Source of the DNA: Mytilus trossulus
Taxonomy: Eukaryota
Direction of reading: 5' to 3'
DNA: 64,000 nucleotides
Assembly: GCF_036588685.1 (NCBI RefSeq)
Contig: NC_086375.1
Span: forward strand, 38,688,001-38,752,000
The translations under genes and the position numbers were made by a program. Below the pieces are notes generated by a model, which saw nothing but the letters and a program-made list of their open reading frames with translations, was not told the origin of the DNA and did not search any database. Below are positions 10,842 to 22,160 of this stretch, in pieces. How positions within the stretch are numbered: position 1 is the first letter of the stretch; each line of letters begins with the position of its first letter.

Positions 10842-13044
10842 GTAAGTAATATGTTTCAAATCGCCATGAGCGACAAGAAAATCTAACATTTATTATTTTT
10901 AAAAACCACACAAAAAAAACACGAGTTGCCAGGAAAGACCGTTTTTTTCTGTTTAAAAAATTCCTTATCTTATACAATTAGAAAATAATAGTTTTTTTTG
11001 CATTTCGTCCTTTTTTCGGGGGTTTTAAATGCCAAGTAATTGTGAAGAAATTGCTGGATCTCAATCTACAGCAGCAAAAGTCCCTCTATCAATCAGTATA
11101 TAATTTAAAACAAAAAACTGTTTTGAATGACTGGTGTTGTCGTAATGTCCAGCGGCAAATATTTCCAGCATATTTGGGTTTCACTTTAAAAATAAAAACA
11201 TGAATAAATAGACAAAGCGGAACAGTTTCGCTCAATCAGAGTCAGCGAATGTATTTCCCAAATTCAAACGACCGTAAGTGACTGCTTTTGTATACAGACT
11301 AACGGAGTCCCTTGCGGTTGAGTCGTAACCGTTAGACTGAAAAATGGAATCAATCATATATTTTTTAATCGTCTAAGTTTTTTCGTTTTTACATTTAATT
11401 TTGACAAATACTACTGAATAACAATAGTAATAAGAAGTTGCATCAATAATGATAATTCATGTGATATTATACTGTTTAAAAATCAGCATATAACCACAGT
11501 GTACCACTCTTTAGTCTTAATTAAAGACAAACCTAACTTTTAACACAAACAAAACAACCAATTGTGTTAAGCATCTTTTTGCAAATAAATTTATATATAT
11601 TTTATTTCATTTTTTTGTATTAGTAATTATATTTTCAAAAATCAAGAAATTAATAGTCTTGTAATAAGATGGTACACTAAAATATTTATGTATTGCAAAA
11701 AAGGGCCAATCAATTCTTGTTATTCATATAAATAGAACAACTTTGTTGCAGTGAGCTTGTGAATTTGAGTAAAAATCACTTAATGATCTACTTGATTCCT
11801 AACCAACACTTATTAATGTGGTATAAAATTCGACATTACATTCAGTAGGTCTTGCTTTGACTTTGTTTACATAGTTATTTATATATGTATACACAAAAAA
11901 ATACTTCAAGAAGTGGGGGAATTGCCTCCCCTGACTCGCTGCAACAACGTATGATCTATTAACTTATCAGAAAATTATATACTATCATGCATGTTTTCAA
12001 TCCATCTTGTATGGGAAAGGATTTGTATATAGTACTGCAACTGACATCGAAAAAGACGCTTAGTTAACGAGTTTAATGGTCCGGAATAACACACGGCTGC
12101 AAATTGTTTTAAATGATAGAATGATATCTATATTTTAATTTCTGTTGGGTCGTAAAAAGTTTCTATGGTCACATTTTTGTATTTTATCCCTTTAATGGGG
12201 GTACCCCTCAATTTACGGTTTTGGGTAGCTACCTTAAAATCCAAAGATATATTTTTTAGTTAAATTTCCCGCTATTTTCGTAAATATTTTCTATGCACAT
12301 ATCATCAAGGATCATCGGAATGACGAAGACATAAATATAATACCTTCTCCAAGTAAAACTTTCAAACTTAAAGTTGGCTGTTTTTTAGATAGAAATTTAA
12401 CGTGTTTTTCTTTGAAAACGAGAAAACATATGATTCAAAAACAGTATTTGACATATGAAAGGACAAAACATATTATTGCGATACTGCATGCAAATTTTAT
12501 TTGGCAAATTCCAAACAATTTTGTCAAAAACACAAAAATAAAAACATTATTTGTACCTATTTTTAATTACGGAAATTTCATATCCGTCAATCAGCTCTAC
12601 CATTTATTTTTTCCTTCACAATCAATTTGATAGTTTCGATGTGATTTTGAAGATTTTGTAGGAGAAGTTAATTTATTTTTAAGTGATTTGAATATATATA
12701 GTTGTTCTGTCATGTATTTTCCGTAAATAGGTTATATTTTTGTTAATAAAATTTGGCTTTTTATAAAAGTTAACCAAATCCTTCGGATAAGAGGTTTTTC
12801 CGGATAATGCCTAGTTGATATTGTGTGAAAATACATTGTATGTCAATGTTTAACCTCAGAGCAATTAATATGCATGCAAGTGGTCGGGGGGGAAAGTACT
12901 ATTGAAGTTTCGTAGAGATTTGGTGTGTGACAATGTAATGCAAAAACCAAATTCTCTTCATATTAGTCTGCTTTCTTTGTGCGAATCATCAGTGTTGATG
13001 TTAAGCACTTGCACCAGAAGGCAAAATTGGTGCGTCTTTAATTA

Positions 13045-13440
13045 GATTGATTGACTGATTGTTGGTTGCTTAACGTCCAGTGGCAAATATTTCATGCATG
13101 TTCAGGACGAGAACAAATTAACAATAAAAACAGTAGGTAGGTTTTGTCATAATAGAGGCCATTCGGGATGATGGTCGGGAAAATTTAGACTGCCACTGGA
13201 AAATGATAGTATATTGGATTGGGACAAACAATTTCCATTGCAACAGGCCACCTATGGACCCCTCAAAGAGTTGTTGCAAGGGTTTTTAACGTGCAAAGAA
13301 CGTGGCACTCCCTTTACACGAGTCATCGGATTTAACGTCCCCATTCTAATTGGACGTGACAGCGAACTTGATACATCCCGCACAGCCAAACGGACGCACC
13401 CCCTGCGTTTTACTGCCGGTCGGGAGAAGACCAAATGACC
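13045..13440 (-). mobile_element. SINE with Deu-like core and (CAAT)n tail, no recognisable tRNA head
   Basis: Minus strand reads GGGGACGTTAAATCCG..TGCACGTTAAAAACCCTTG then GAAATATTTGCCACTGGACGTTAAGCAACCAACAATC. Tail-only fragments occur at about 6055, 7665, 11130 and 26148. Confidence 0.65.
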
Positions 13441-14193
13441 ATATTTCGTTTTCCCAGTCACCCTTGGGGAACTTTAAATTAGAAACAACAGAAATCCATA
13501 TATGTGATCAAACTGATCGACATGTATCCTCACAACCTGACACTTTTATACGATCTCGCGCTCAGTTTCTTCCTTGTAGTTTGGATATGAAAGCAGGGAT
13601 TTTTTGTTAAAGAAAAACCTTTAAAAAAAAAAGCAGAAAACTATACAAAACTGAGTCCTCTAAACGTGTTGACGGTCTTTAAAGTTGTGCCTATTAATGT
13701 GAGTAATCATTTATCCATGCATAACCAAGTACTTATTGAAGTCAACACCTGTGCAATGAAGTAAAACGGTTACTGAGAAATAAGAACTTGCTGTCAGTTC
13801 ATTAATAACGATTGTTAGTGATGTGATTTGTTCTTCCATAAGAAAAAGCCTTTCTCATGTAGCACATCCTCTACATATACCGATCACTTTTACCCAAGAT
13901 TGTCTATGATGCCTACCAAACTGCCAAACTCCAGAACTAACTAAATATTGTGACACCTTACAATTCAGACACAGTGGGGCCAAGGGATATGAGTTTAGCT
14001 CTGAACTCAATATATATCTGCTGCAGGAAAATTGAAGTCTATGTTAAGACTTTCAGAATTACACCAAGGGGTGTCTGAAAATATCAAGGATACATTAAAA
14101 AAAAGAACAATTACTTCACCCTGCCACCAGTGCTCTTATGATCTATGTCCTCGTTTTGGTATTTCTATGGAAATGATGCCGCACAACTTTTTG

Positions 14194-14312
14194 ATAGATA
14201 TAGGAAGATGTGGTATGAGTGCCAATGATACAACACACCATCCAAGTCACAATTTATAAAAGTAAATCATTATAGGTCACGGTCCGGTCTTCAACACGGA
14301 GCCTAGGCTCAA
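14194..14312 (-). repeat. Interspersed repeat family A copy
   Basis: Reverse complement of the family A 3' portion. Confidence 0.8.
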
Positions 14313-16264
14313 ACAACATTAATTTGTTAGATAATTGATGAAAAATAACTCAAATGCGCTTTTGAACCGTATATTGTCCCTAAAGATAACAAAAATTCGT
14401 AAACGTATGGTTATTACAAAATCAATCGTTTCTGTACCAACATTCTCCCCATTACATGCATTTGGGATTGGCAGCGCAGATATATCATGCAAATGCATAT
14501 GGGTCACGAAAATTGATCGAAACTTTGTACTCACATTGCTTTTGTGTTTCCTATGCAAAAGTAAGACTATATCTGACGAGTTTGACCAAATCATGACGGT
14601 ATTTACGCTCCATAAAGCATTTGTACTAAAACAACTGTGAATGCTTTGAACAAACTCTGTCCTGCGCCGAACTTGTTCTTATAAAAAAAAAGGACAGTGT
14701 CTTGTAATGCTAATACGCGTACTGAATCCGCATATGATGACTAAGAGATTGGTTCATGTCCCTATTTAATGAATACTTGAGCTATTGTGTGTCGCTTTTA
14801 AAGGTTATATAAGGATCATGACTGACTTTGAATTACGACATTAGAAAATTGGCATTTCATTGTATCATTTTCCATCCCTCCCTTAAAAAATTATACTGAG
14901 ATAACTTTTTTACCAGGATTATCCCACTAGAAAATATTCATGCACCAAACTGACTTTGTTTTACACTCAATGTTTTTTAAACCTCGCATTCGCCTCGGGT
15001 GACTAAAGTGTATTTTGTGTCATAATTGCTCTGTCCAGGCTTTGCAAATACACAATTTGTATTTATCTATAACTAGATACTAAATTTCACAAAATGCACA
15101 ACCTTTAAGATGCAAAATTAAAAACACTGTTTCAGCGCTTGAACTTTTTTTCTTTCAAAGATAGGAAAAATATTGAAATAATTTGATAAACTGGTGTTTT
15201 ATAGTTTAGAAAATAATTCTGTAATATACTATAGTAAACCACTATACACAATATGAAAGTTTATGGATGTGAAAAGGTCAAGGCCACTTCTTCTTTTGCT
15301 ATGTCTTAAATGGAAAAGAATCAGAAGGTTCCAAATCAACGCCATTTTGTAATGGCAGCTCTTCATATAAGAAGTCAAATTTGTCGTTTTAACATGGTTT
15401 ATAGCATATGCTTATGATTGAAGCGTTTTTGTAGCATTCTATTGTATAAATATCAGAATATTTCTCCTTTTTGTCCTTGTGGTTGAAATATTGATATTTT
15501 TAGGGCTGACCTTTGACCTCAATTTTACAAAATTGTGACCACTCTGGATTTTTACGACCCAAATTTTCTTATTGCACACGTCTTCCTCTTTCCATCGATA
15601 AATAATTTAGGTGTGTGTTCTTCCGGACCATTAAAGTTTTAAAAAATGAACCCTGGTTGCAGTACTAATAGGCACTGCATTTTGTCAAATCCCTTTGTTT
15701 AAATGTACATTTGATATTTGAATGAATTGAAGTTGTATCAAATAAGACAGCACTCCATCCAAGTAACAATCATAGGTCAAAGTACGAACATTAACGCGAA
15801 GCTGATGATGTCTTTTTTTTTTTTTATTAACGAAGATCACAGATAATATTGTAGAATCCAAGTTTAAATCAAAATGAAAGCCAGGTGAAGGATTTTTTTT
15901 CGTGTTGTGCAAAAATATCACTTATAATCAAAATTTTCGGCAGGCTTTTATGACATTTCATTGTAAAAAATTTCACGTTGAAGTTCGAATGAAGCTCGAA
16001 CTATTTGTAATTGGATGTGCCCTCCTTCAAAACAACAAATCCACAACAACCAGTACTATTGACTTATACAATTACTGAATTTACTTAATTGGAGTGTATC
16101 GTGAACGCTGACATAGTTACACTCCACATACAAATGTATATCTTTATTACCAAAGTCTATTTAAACTATAGGTACACTCAACTACGAGCTTAATTTCCGA
16201 AAAATAAACCGTTAGAAACAAAATTTCAAAAGATTATCTCTCAGTTTACTTTAGCATATTCTAA

Positions 16265-16534
<270 letters not shown>

Positions 16535-16929
16535 TAATATGATACGAGAGAACAACTATTATCAGTATTTTTTCTCTGGGTTAAATAAAAAATATAGCTA
16601 AACCATCTATGTGGCGCAAAACAACCAATTTAAATATTCATTACAGCTACATAATAATATAGATTTTCAATGAAAATAAACATAAATTTTATTAATTCCG
16701 AATGGACATGCAAAAAATTTTATTAAAGGTTTATTGCACTTTCGGTCTGCACATTGATTTCGTAAAATATCAGATGGGATTGTTTTTGAAAAATATCCAC
16801 CATATGATAGTAAAAATGACGACCAACAAATGTTGGCTATAAAAGGCCCCACATTTACAAAATTGGACTTGAATATACATATAAAAATCTAACTGTATGA
16901 TGAAAGACAATAGAATAAACGAAACCGAA

Positions 16930-17130
16930 ACTGAGAATGAAAATTGGTAATATGTCAAAGAGACAACAACCGGCGGACCAAAGGGCAGACAACAACCGAA
17001 GACCACCAATGGGTCTTCAACGCAACGTAGCTGGCCCCTGAAATTTTTTTTGTGCTAGTTCAGTGAAAATAGACGTCACACTAAACTCCAAAACATATAA
17101 TTGAACTACAATTACACGATTAACAAAGGA
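16930..17130 (-). repeat. Interspersed repeat family B copy (degenerate)
   Basis: Similar to 20431-20658. Confidence 0.65.
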
Positions 17131-17587
17131 CAGAGTATATATATAAATATGACAGACGACAAACTACAGCCACTGATTTACAGGCTCCTGAATGTGTACA
17201 GTAAATATAAAATGTACCGGGATTCGACTTGTTTATGAGGGCTTAACAATTGATGTAACAGTATAACATAAGAACAAACTAAAAAATAAGCTGGACACGA
17301 AACTTCAAATTGGCTTTCCCAGAATAAAATATCAATCAATTCACATCCAATGGATTTATTGTAAGTTTGTCAAAAACTGTATTAGAAAGTGAGTAAGACG
17401 GATCTTTACCGACTTTGACCATACAATGTTATACATAACAGTACAGGAACAAATATGATATATGAGGGGATCAAAAGGTGCCCATAAGAATACATTCAAC
17501 TTATCGATATTGCCGAAACATACACAAATGTTGTCAAGTTGTCATATTTTATTTTTTTCATATCCATATGCTACCCTCTTTTTGTAG

Positions 17588-17899
17588 GTTTGTGCTTCCA
17601 TGCCTTATGATGATTCAAATTTAAAGAAAATGATAAAAGACCAAATAGAACGAAAAGTTGTATTTTCAAAGTCGAAAAAGGTAAACGCGGAATGTCAAGA
17701 TTTGATTCACAAAATTTTAGAAGCAAATGTCAAGAAAAGAGCGACCATTACAGCAATGGAGGATCATCCTTGGATACGTAGTCTAGACAAGGTCAAGGAA
17801 AAGGAAAAAGAAACCCATAGTTCTGAGAGACGTGTAGGAACAGAGGGAGAAAAGTTAAATTTAGACTGGGGTAAAAATGAGGTCAAATCGAGTGCATAA
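17588..17899 (+). CDS. TSSK: TSSK-family kinase, exon 4 (terminal)
   Basis: TTTGTAG|VCASMPYDDSN..ECQDLIHKILE..HPWI..TAA; AATAAA at 17982-17987. Confidence 0.9.
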   Translation, partial: VCASMPYDDSNLKKMIKDQIERKVVFSKSKKVNAECQDLIHKILEANVKKRATITAMEDHPWIRSLDKVKEKEKETHSSERRVGTEGEKLNLDWGKNEVKSSA

Positions 17900-19107
17900 T
17901 TGCAATATTATAAAAATATTTTTTTTATAAACCGTTTTCGGTTGTTTATTTTTGTAGATTTTTAAATTTATTTGTTTTTTTAATAAAATTTCTATATATA
18001 TATTACAATTAGATTTAGTAATCTTTTAACATGACCCAAACGAAATCAGATAATTGACTGGCAGGTTTCAGACGGACAAAAGAGAGACGCAAACAGATAT
18101 TGAACGTTGAATGTGTTTGCTGAGTGGAGGAAGGGGTCTGAATCTTTTTATTCTTTCGTCTATCTATTCAATTTCTTTCTCTTTTTTCTATGAAAAAGGT
18201 TTTTAGCTAAATATTTACTTTTCACTAATATAATTTTGCAAAGGTAGCAGGTTTGATAAAGTTGCATTTTGTCACTCTCATTTAAATTCAGGAAGTAGAA
18301 AACTTTCATAAACAACCGTAATTGTGTTTCTAATAAAGCCTTAATCAGGTACGCTAGAAATCAAAGTGTAACGTTATATGATTTATCCGAATTTTGTCTT
18401 AACTTTTCTGTGTATGGATTCAAAATGTTTGCTTACGTTGGACTAACTGCAGTAATCTCAAGTTAAACTCAGCTTATATCCTAACAACAAATGAAAGTTT
18501 AACCTTAACTTGTCTTACACAAAAGGTTAATAGTCACTGTGCTAACACAAAATTGAGACATATCTGCAACCAAACGGACCAGATCGTTTCCTCCTTTACT
18601 TTTATTGATGAAATTTACTTGGTTTTGAAGGATCGGAGAAGCTACACCTTCTGGGAAAGCCAGACAACACCACGATAAAAGAAACCAACAATTAATCAAA
18701 AAGGCAAACACCTCTACACTGTAAACTAAAATTATTGAGCAACTGGAAACCTACAAAAACTTAAGTTGAAACCAGATGCCCCGGAAGCGTAACACTAATA
18801 ATTTAATCAATCAAGCGGATTGCTGAAAATGACGAGTCGTGGTAAATGGTTTAAATGTATACTAGTTGAAGGTCCTGGTGTGACTTGTAGTTGTTTATAA
18901 ACTCATGTCATCCAGGGTCTGTTTTGAGCGGGGTTTTTGTATTGGCGTTATTTCAAAGTGACAAATATATATTAGGTATAAAAATATAAAAATTTTGTTT
19001 ATCTTCATTTCAGTGTGTTTCAATTTAGAAAAAGTTGTCGCTTCAATAATTTTGTTTCATTTTTGTTTCATAATGTTTGGGTTTTTAAAAAAAATCTTTT
19101 TGGTGTA

Positions 19108-19246
19108 ACTTACCCTCTATTGATCCCAGATGACGTCGTAACGTGGTGATCTCTTTTGGATCTGTTTACTTTTATGCTCCCTGGGGTATCATGACGTCAC
19201 ATGTACTATTGAAGGCGACGTCATCTGGGATCAATAGAGGGTAAGT
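19108..19246. mobile_element. Small MITE with 31-bp perfect inverted repeats (TA-flanked, possibly Tc1/mariner-type)
   Basis: ACTTACCCTCTATTGATCCCAGATGACGTCG at 19108-19138 has its exact reverse complement at 19216-19246. Confidence 0.8.
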
Positions 19247-19844
19247 AAAACCTCTTAGGGCAAAATCAGTTAGATAACTCAACATGTCTTTGTGTCTGTC
19301 CAATGTCAACCTCGAAAGTTTTCTCATTGGCAATCATATCACACACACAAATAAAGACTGAGCTAGACGAATATCAATAAATCGCACAGGCACTAGTCTC
19401 AGACAAAAAATCCTATATAACGTTACCTTAATATAAAAAAAATATTCTGCGATAAATGTCTGTGGGAAATCGTGTGTTTCGGAAGGGCAAGAAGTTTCAG
19501 CTCGTCAATTGTTCATCATTATGTTTCCAGTGATAAGAGAGGCCGATAACAATTTACAAACGAGGAGAGATGTACATAATTTTAGGTTATAAAAAATGAA
19601 AGATTTGTGACACAGATATTTTGCAAAACCTGCCTGATTATTAGGTCGTCCAATTTTTTTTTACTTTTTTAAAAAGAAAAGATTGACATCGATTGACGAC
19701 TGGAAAATTGGCAAAAGTATTGATTTCAGTGCGACTCCATATACCGGAACAGTTTCCCTTTAGAGATCTATGCATACTTGGTGGTTGTCGTCTGTTTATG
19801 TGGTTAAAAAGTGTTTCTCCTGTCTCGTTTTTTATAATGATTCC

Positions 19845-20068
19845 GTTGGTTTTCCTGTTTGAATGGATTAACACTAGTAATGTTTGGGGCCCTTTATAGC
19901 TGTAAGCCTAGGCTTCGTGTTGAAGTCCGTACTTTGACCTACAATGGATAATATAAAAAAGAAGATGTGGTATGATTGCCAATGAGACAACTATCCACAA
20001 AATGGTTTACTTTTATAAATTGTGACTTGGATGGAGAGATGTCTCATTGGAACTGATCTTCCTATATC
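19845..20068 (+). repeat. Family A copy carrying an inverted fragment of a related repeat
   Basis: Insert 19948-20000 is flanked by an AATGG duplication (19943-47, 20001-05). Confidence 0.75.
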
Positions 20069-20430
20069 ACTTTACTACAAAAGCTATGTGGAACAACTAA
20101 GATTGTCATTCCCAAGTTGCCTTTGCGATTAAGTTGATACATGTACATTATCAAGTTACTGCAAACGTTTATAGTCTAACACTTGCAGACCGGAAGATCT
20201 TAGAGGGGTGATTTCTAGTGTGATGAATCTGATCAACGTCAGAAACGCCTGAACATTTTTTTCTTAATATTTGCAAGAACTCTACTCTTAAGACCCACCA
20301 ATTCAACAGTCAAATATCTTCTGCAAACGATTATGTTAATCATACATCATTCTTGTCTATGAGTCCATTTTACCAATTTTAAAGATGTTTTAATCCAGGT
20401 TACAGGTTACTTATGTTTTGTTTTACCTGT

Positions 20431-20658
20431 TAAATAAAATTGAGAATGGAAAAGGGGAATGTGTCAAAGAGACAACAACCCGACCATAGAACAGACAACA
20501 GCAGAAGGTCACCAATAGGTCTTCAATGCAGCAAGAAATTCCCGCACCCGGAGGCGTCATTCAGCTGGCCCCTAAACAAATATATATACTAGTTCAGTGA
20601 TAATGAACGCCATACTAAACTCAAAATTATACACAAGAAGCTAACATTAAAAATAATA
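20431..20658 (-). repeat. Interspersed repeat family B copy
   Basis: AATAAAATTGAGAATGGAAA..GAGACAACAACCCGACC..CAGCTGGCCCCTAAAC; near identical to 49232-49413. Confidence 0.85.
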
Positions 20659-21782
20659 GCCTTCGTGTATAGCAGGACGATATCTGGTTTTACTGGAGTA
20701 TTTTCGATTATCGATTCTTTCTAATGCTTTGTGTTTGTATTTGAACGTATATATGTAATTTGAACTGCCACATAAAAACACTTATGACATGGATACCTTT
20801 CGAACAACATGTGTTTAGGGTTAAATTTATCGACAAACATAGAAAGCCAAACATTTGAGCAGACCTGGCACTTCTCCTATGGAGCTACCTAAATGATTTT
20901 CACAAGTTCCACTCAGTCTGATCATTCCAAACTTGCATTGTCTTGTTGTTGGCTGTGTCCTCCTTTCAAATTATGGAATCACATTTGCCTTCAGTATTAA
21001 AATAACAGCCAGAACTGTTTAAAGGTCAAATTTGCCTTTTGAAAGTTGCGAACTTAGCTTTCCATTTATGACAGACGAATCAATACATAAATTCTAATGT
21101 TCAAAAGTCTACTTCATTGGCATTTGAAATTAAGAAATATACCTGATATTGTCGAAGCCTTCAATTAAAGTATTAAAAATGTAGAATTATATTGATGGAA
21201 TTATCAGGCTGAGACAAATATCTATAACAGGTATCTACGCTCTCCAGAATCGATAAATCGTTATTTACCTATTAGTTTTCCAATACACAAACATATACCT
21301 GTTCAGCAGCTGTTTAGCAGGTACAGCAATTGAATTATCTCTGTTTTATACAGTACAGGTGAGCGGCACTACCACAGTCGAGTGGAAATCTGCAACTTTC
21401 ATATTTTGTGTCACATGAAAATTATTACGTTTTTACTCAACCGTAATCAACGGAATTCATAAATACATATCTGTGTTTCATAACGGAACTCTTTATTTTG
21501 ATGAAGATATGACCGATTCCCTTTTTTACAGCAAGATAAATTGTGGAAACAGGATTGTACCAGTATAAAAGTAAGATTCATTTTAATTTACATCACAATT
21601 TTCATACACGAAATATATATTTCAAGTTTTTTATTATTGTTACAGTACGAGCTTTTTTTTTTTTTTCAATGAATAGAAATATCGGTCAACTTATGCAAAT
21701 AACATTGACCGAATTGTTTACTAATTAACTGTAATGACGTAACGGTATCATACACAAACATATATCATATTATACTTTATAT

Positions 21783-22160
21783 TTACTGCTGAAAGTTAAC
21801 GATTTAATGAAAGCCCTAGGGGAAGATGTATATTCAAGTATGAACATAACACATGTAAATCGCTTTCCGTCTAAAATAGAAAACCGCCCCGGAATTATTA
21901 GAATAAGCTTTAGGGACCCTGGTGAAAAAAGTCTGGTTCTTAGAAACAAACGTAATTTAAAGGATATTGAACAGTACAAAAACGTTTATATTAGAAGTAG
22001 CAAATCACGCATTGAACGTTTAATAGAAATGAATGCCCGAGCAGTGCTTCGCAAGCTACCCGAAGGCGGTTCATTACGTGTGGATGCTAGTGGTCGTATC
22101 AAACCTCGGATTCAGAGAGTTCAAGATCAGCAGCAAGTTCGTAATGAGAATGGTGAATAG
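21783..22160 (+). CDS. LINE ORF1 C-terminal fragment (5' truncated)
   Basis: ..RFPSKIENRPGIIRISF..EKSLVLRNKRNLK..NVYIRSS resembles the RRM/CTD region of LINE ORF1 proteins; ends TAG at 22158-22160. Confidence 0.7.
   Translation, partial: LLLKVNDLMKALGEDVYSSMNITHVNRFPSKIENRPGIIRISFRDPGEKSLVLRNKRNLKDIEQYKNVYIRSSKSRIERLIEMNARAVLRKLPEGGSLRVDASGRIKPRIQRVQDQQQVRNENGE

Larger units (their letters stand above)
12030..15667. mobile_element. Academ-like non-autonomous DNA transposon (3.6 kb) in TSSK intron 2
   Basis: Termini TAGTACTGCAAC / GTTGCAGTACTA. Imperfect inverted similarity extends about 150 bp (TTTAATGGTCCGGAA, TTGGGTCGTAAAAA, TGGTCACA blocks). 3-bp TSD ATA at 12027-29 and 15668-70. TAG..CTA ends with 3-4 bp TSD are characteristic of Academ. 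Confidence 0.72.

Noticed and set aside
13214-13610. Overlapping small ORFs
   Set aside because: Explained mainly by the GC-richer SINE body.
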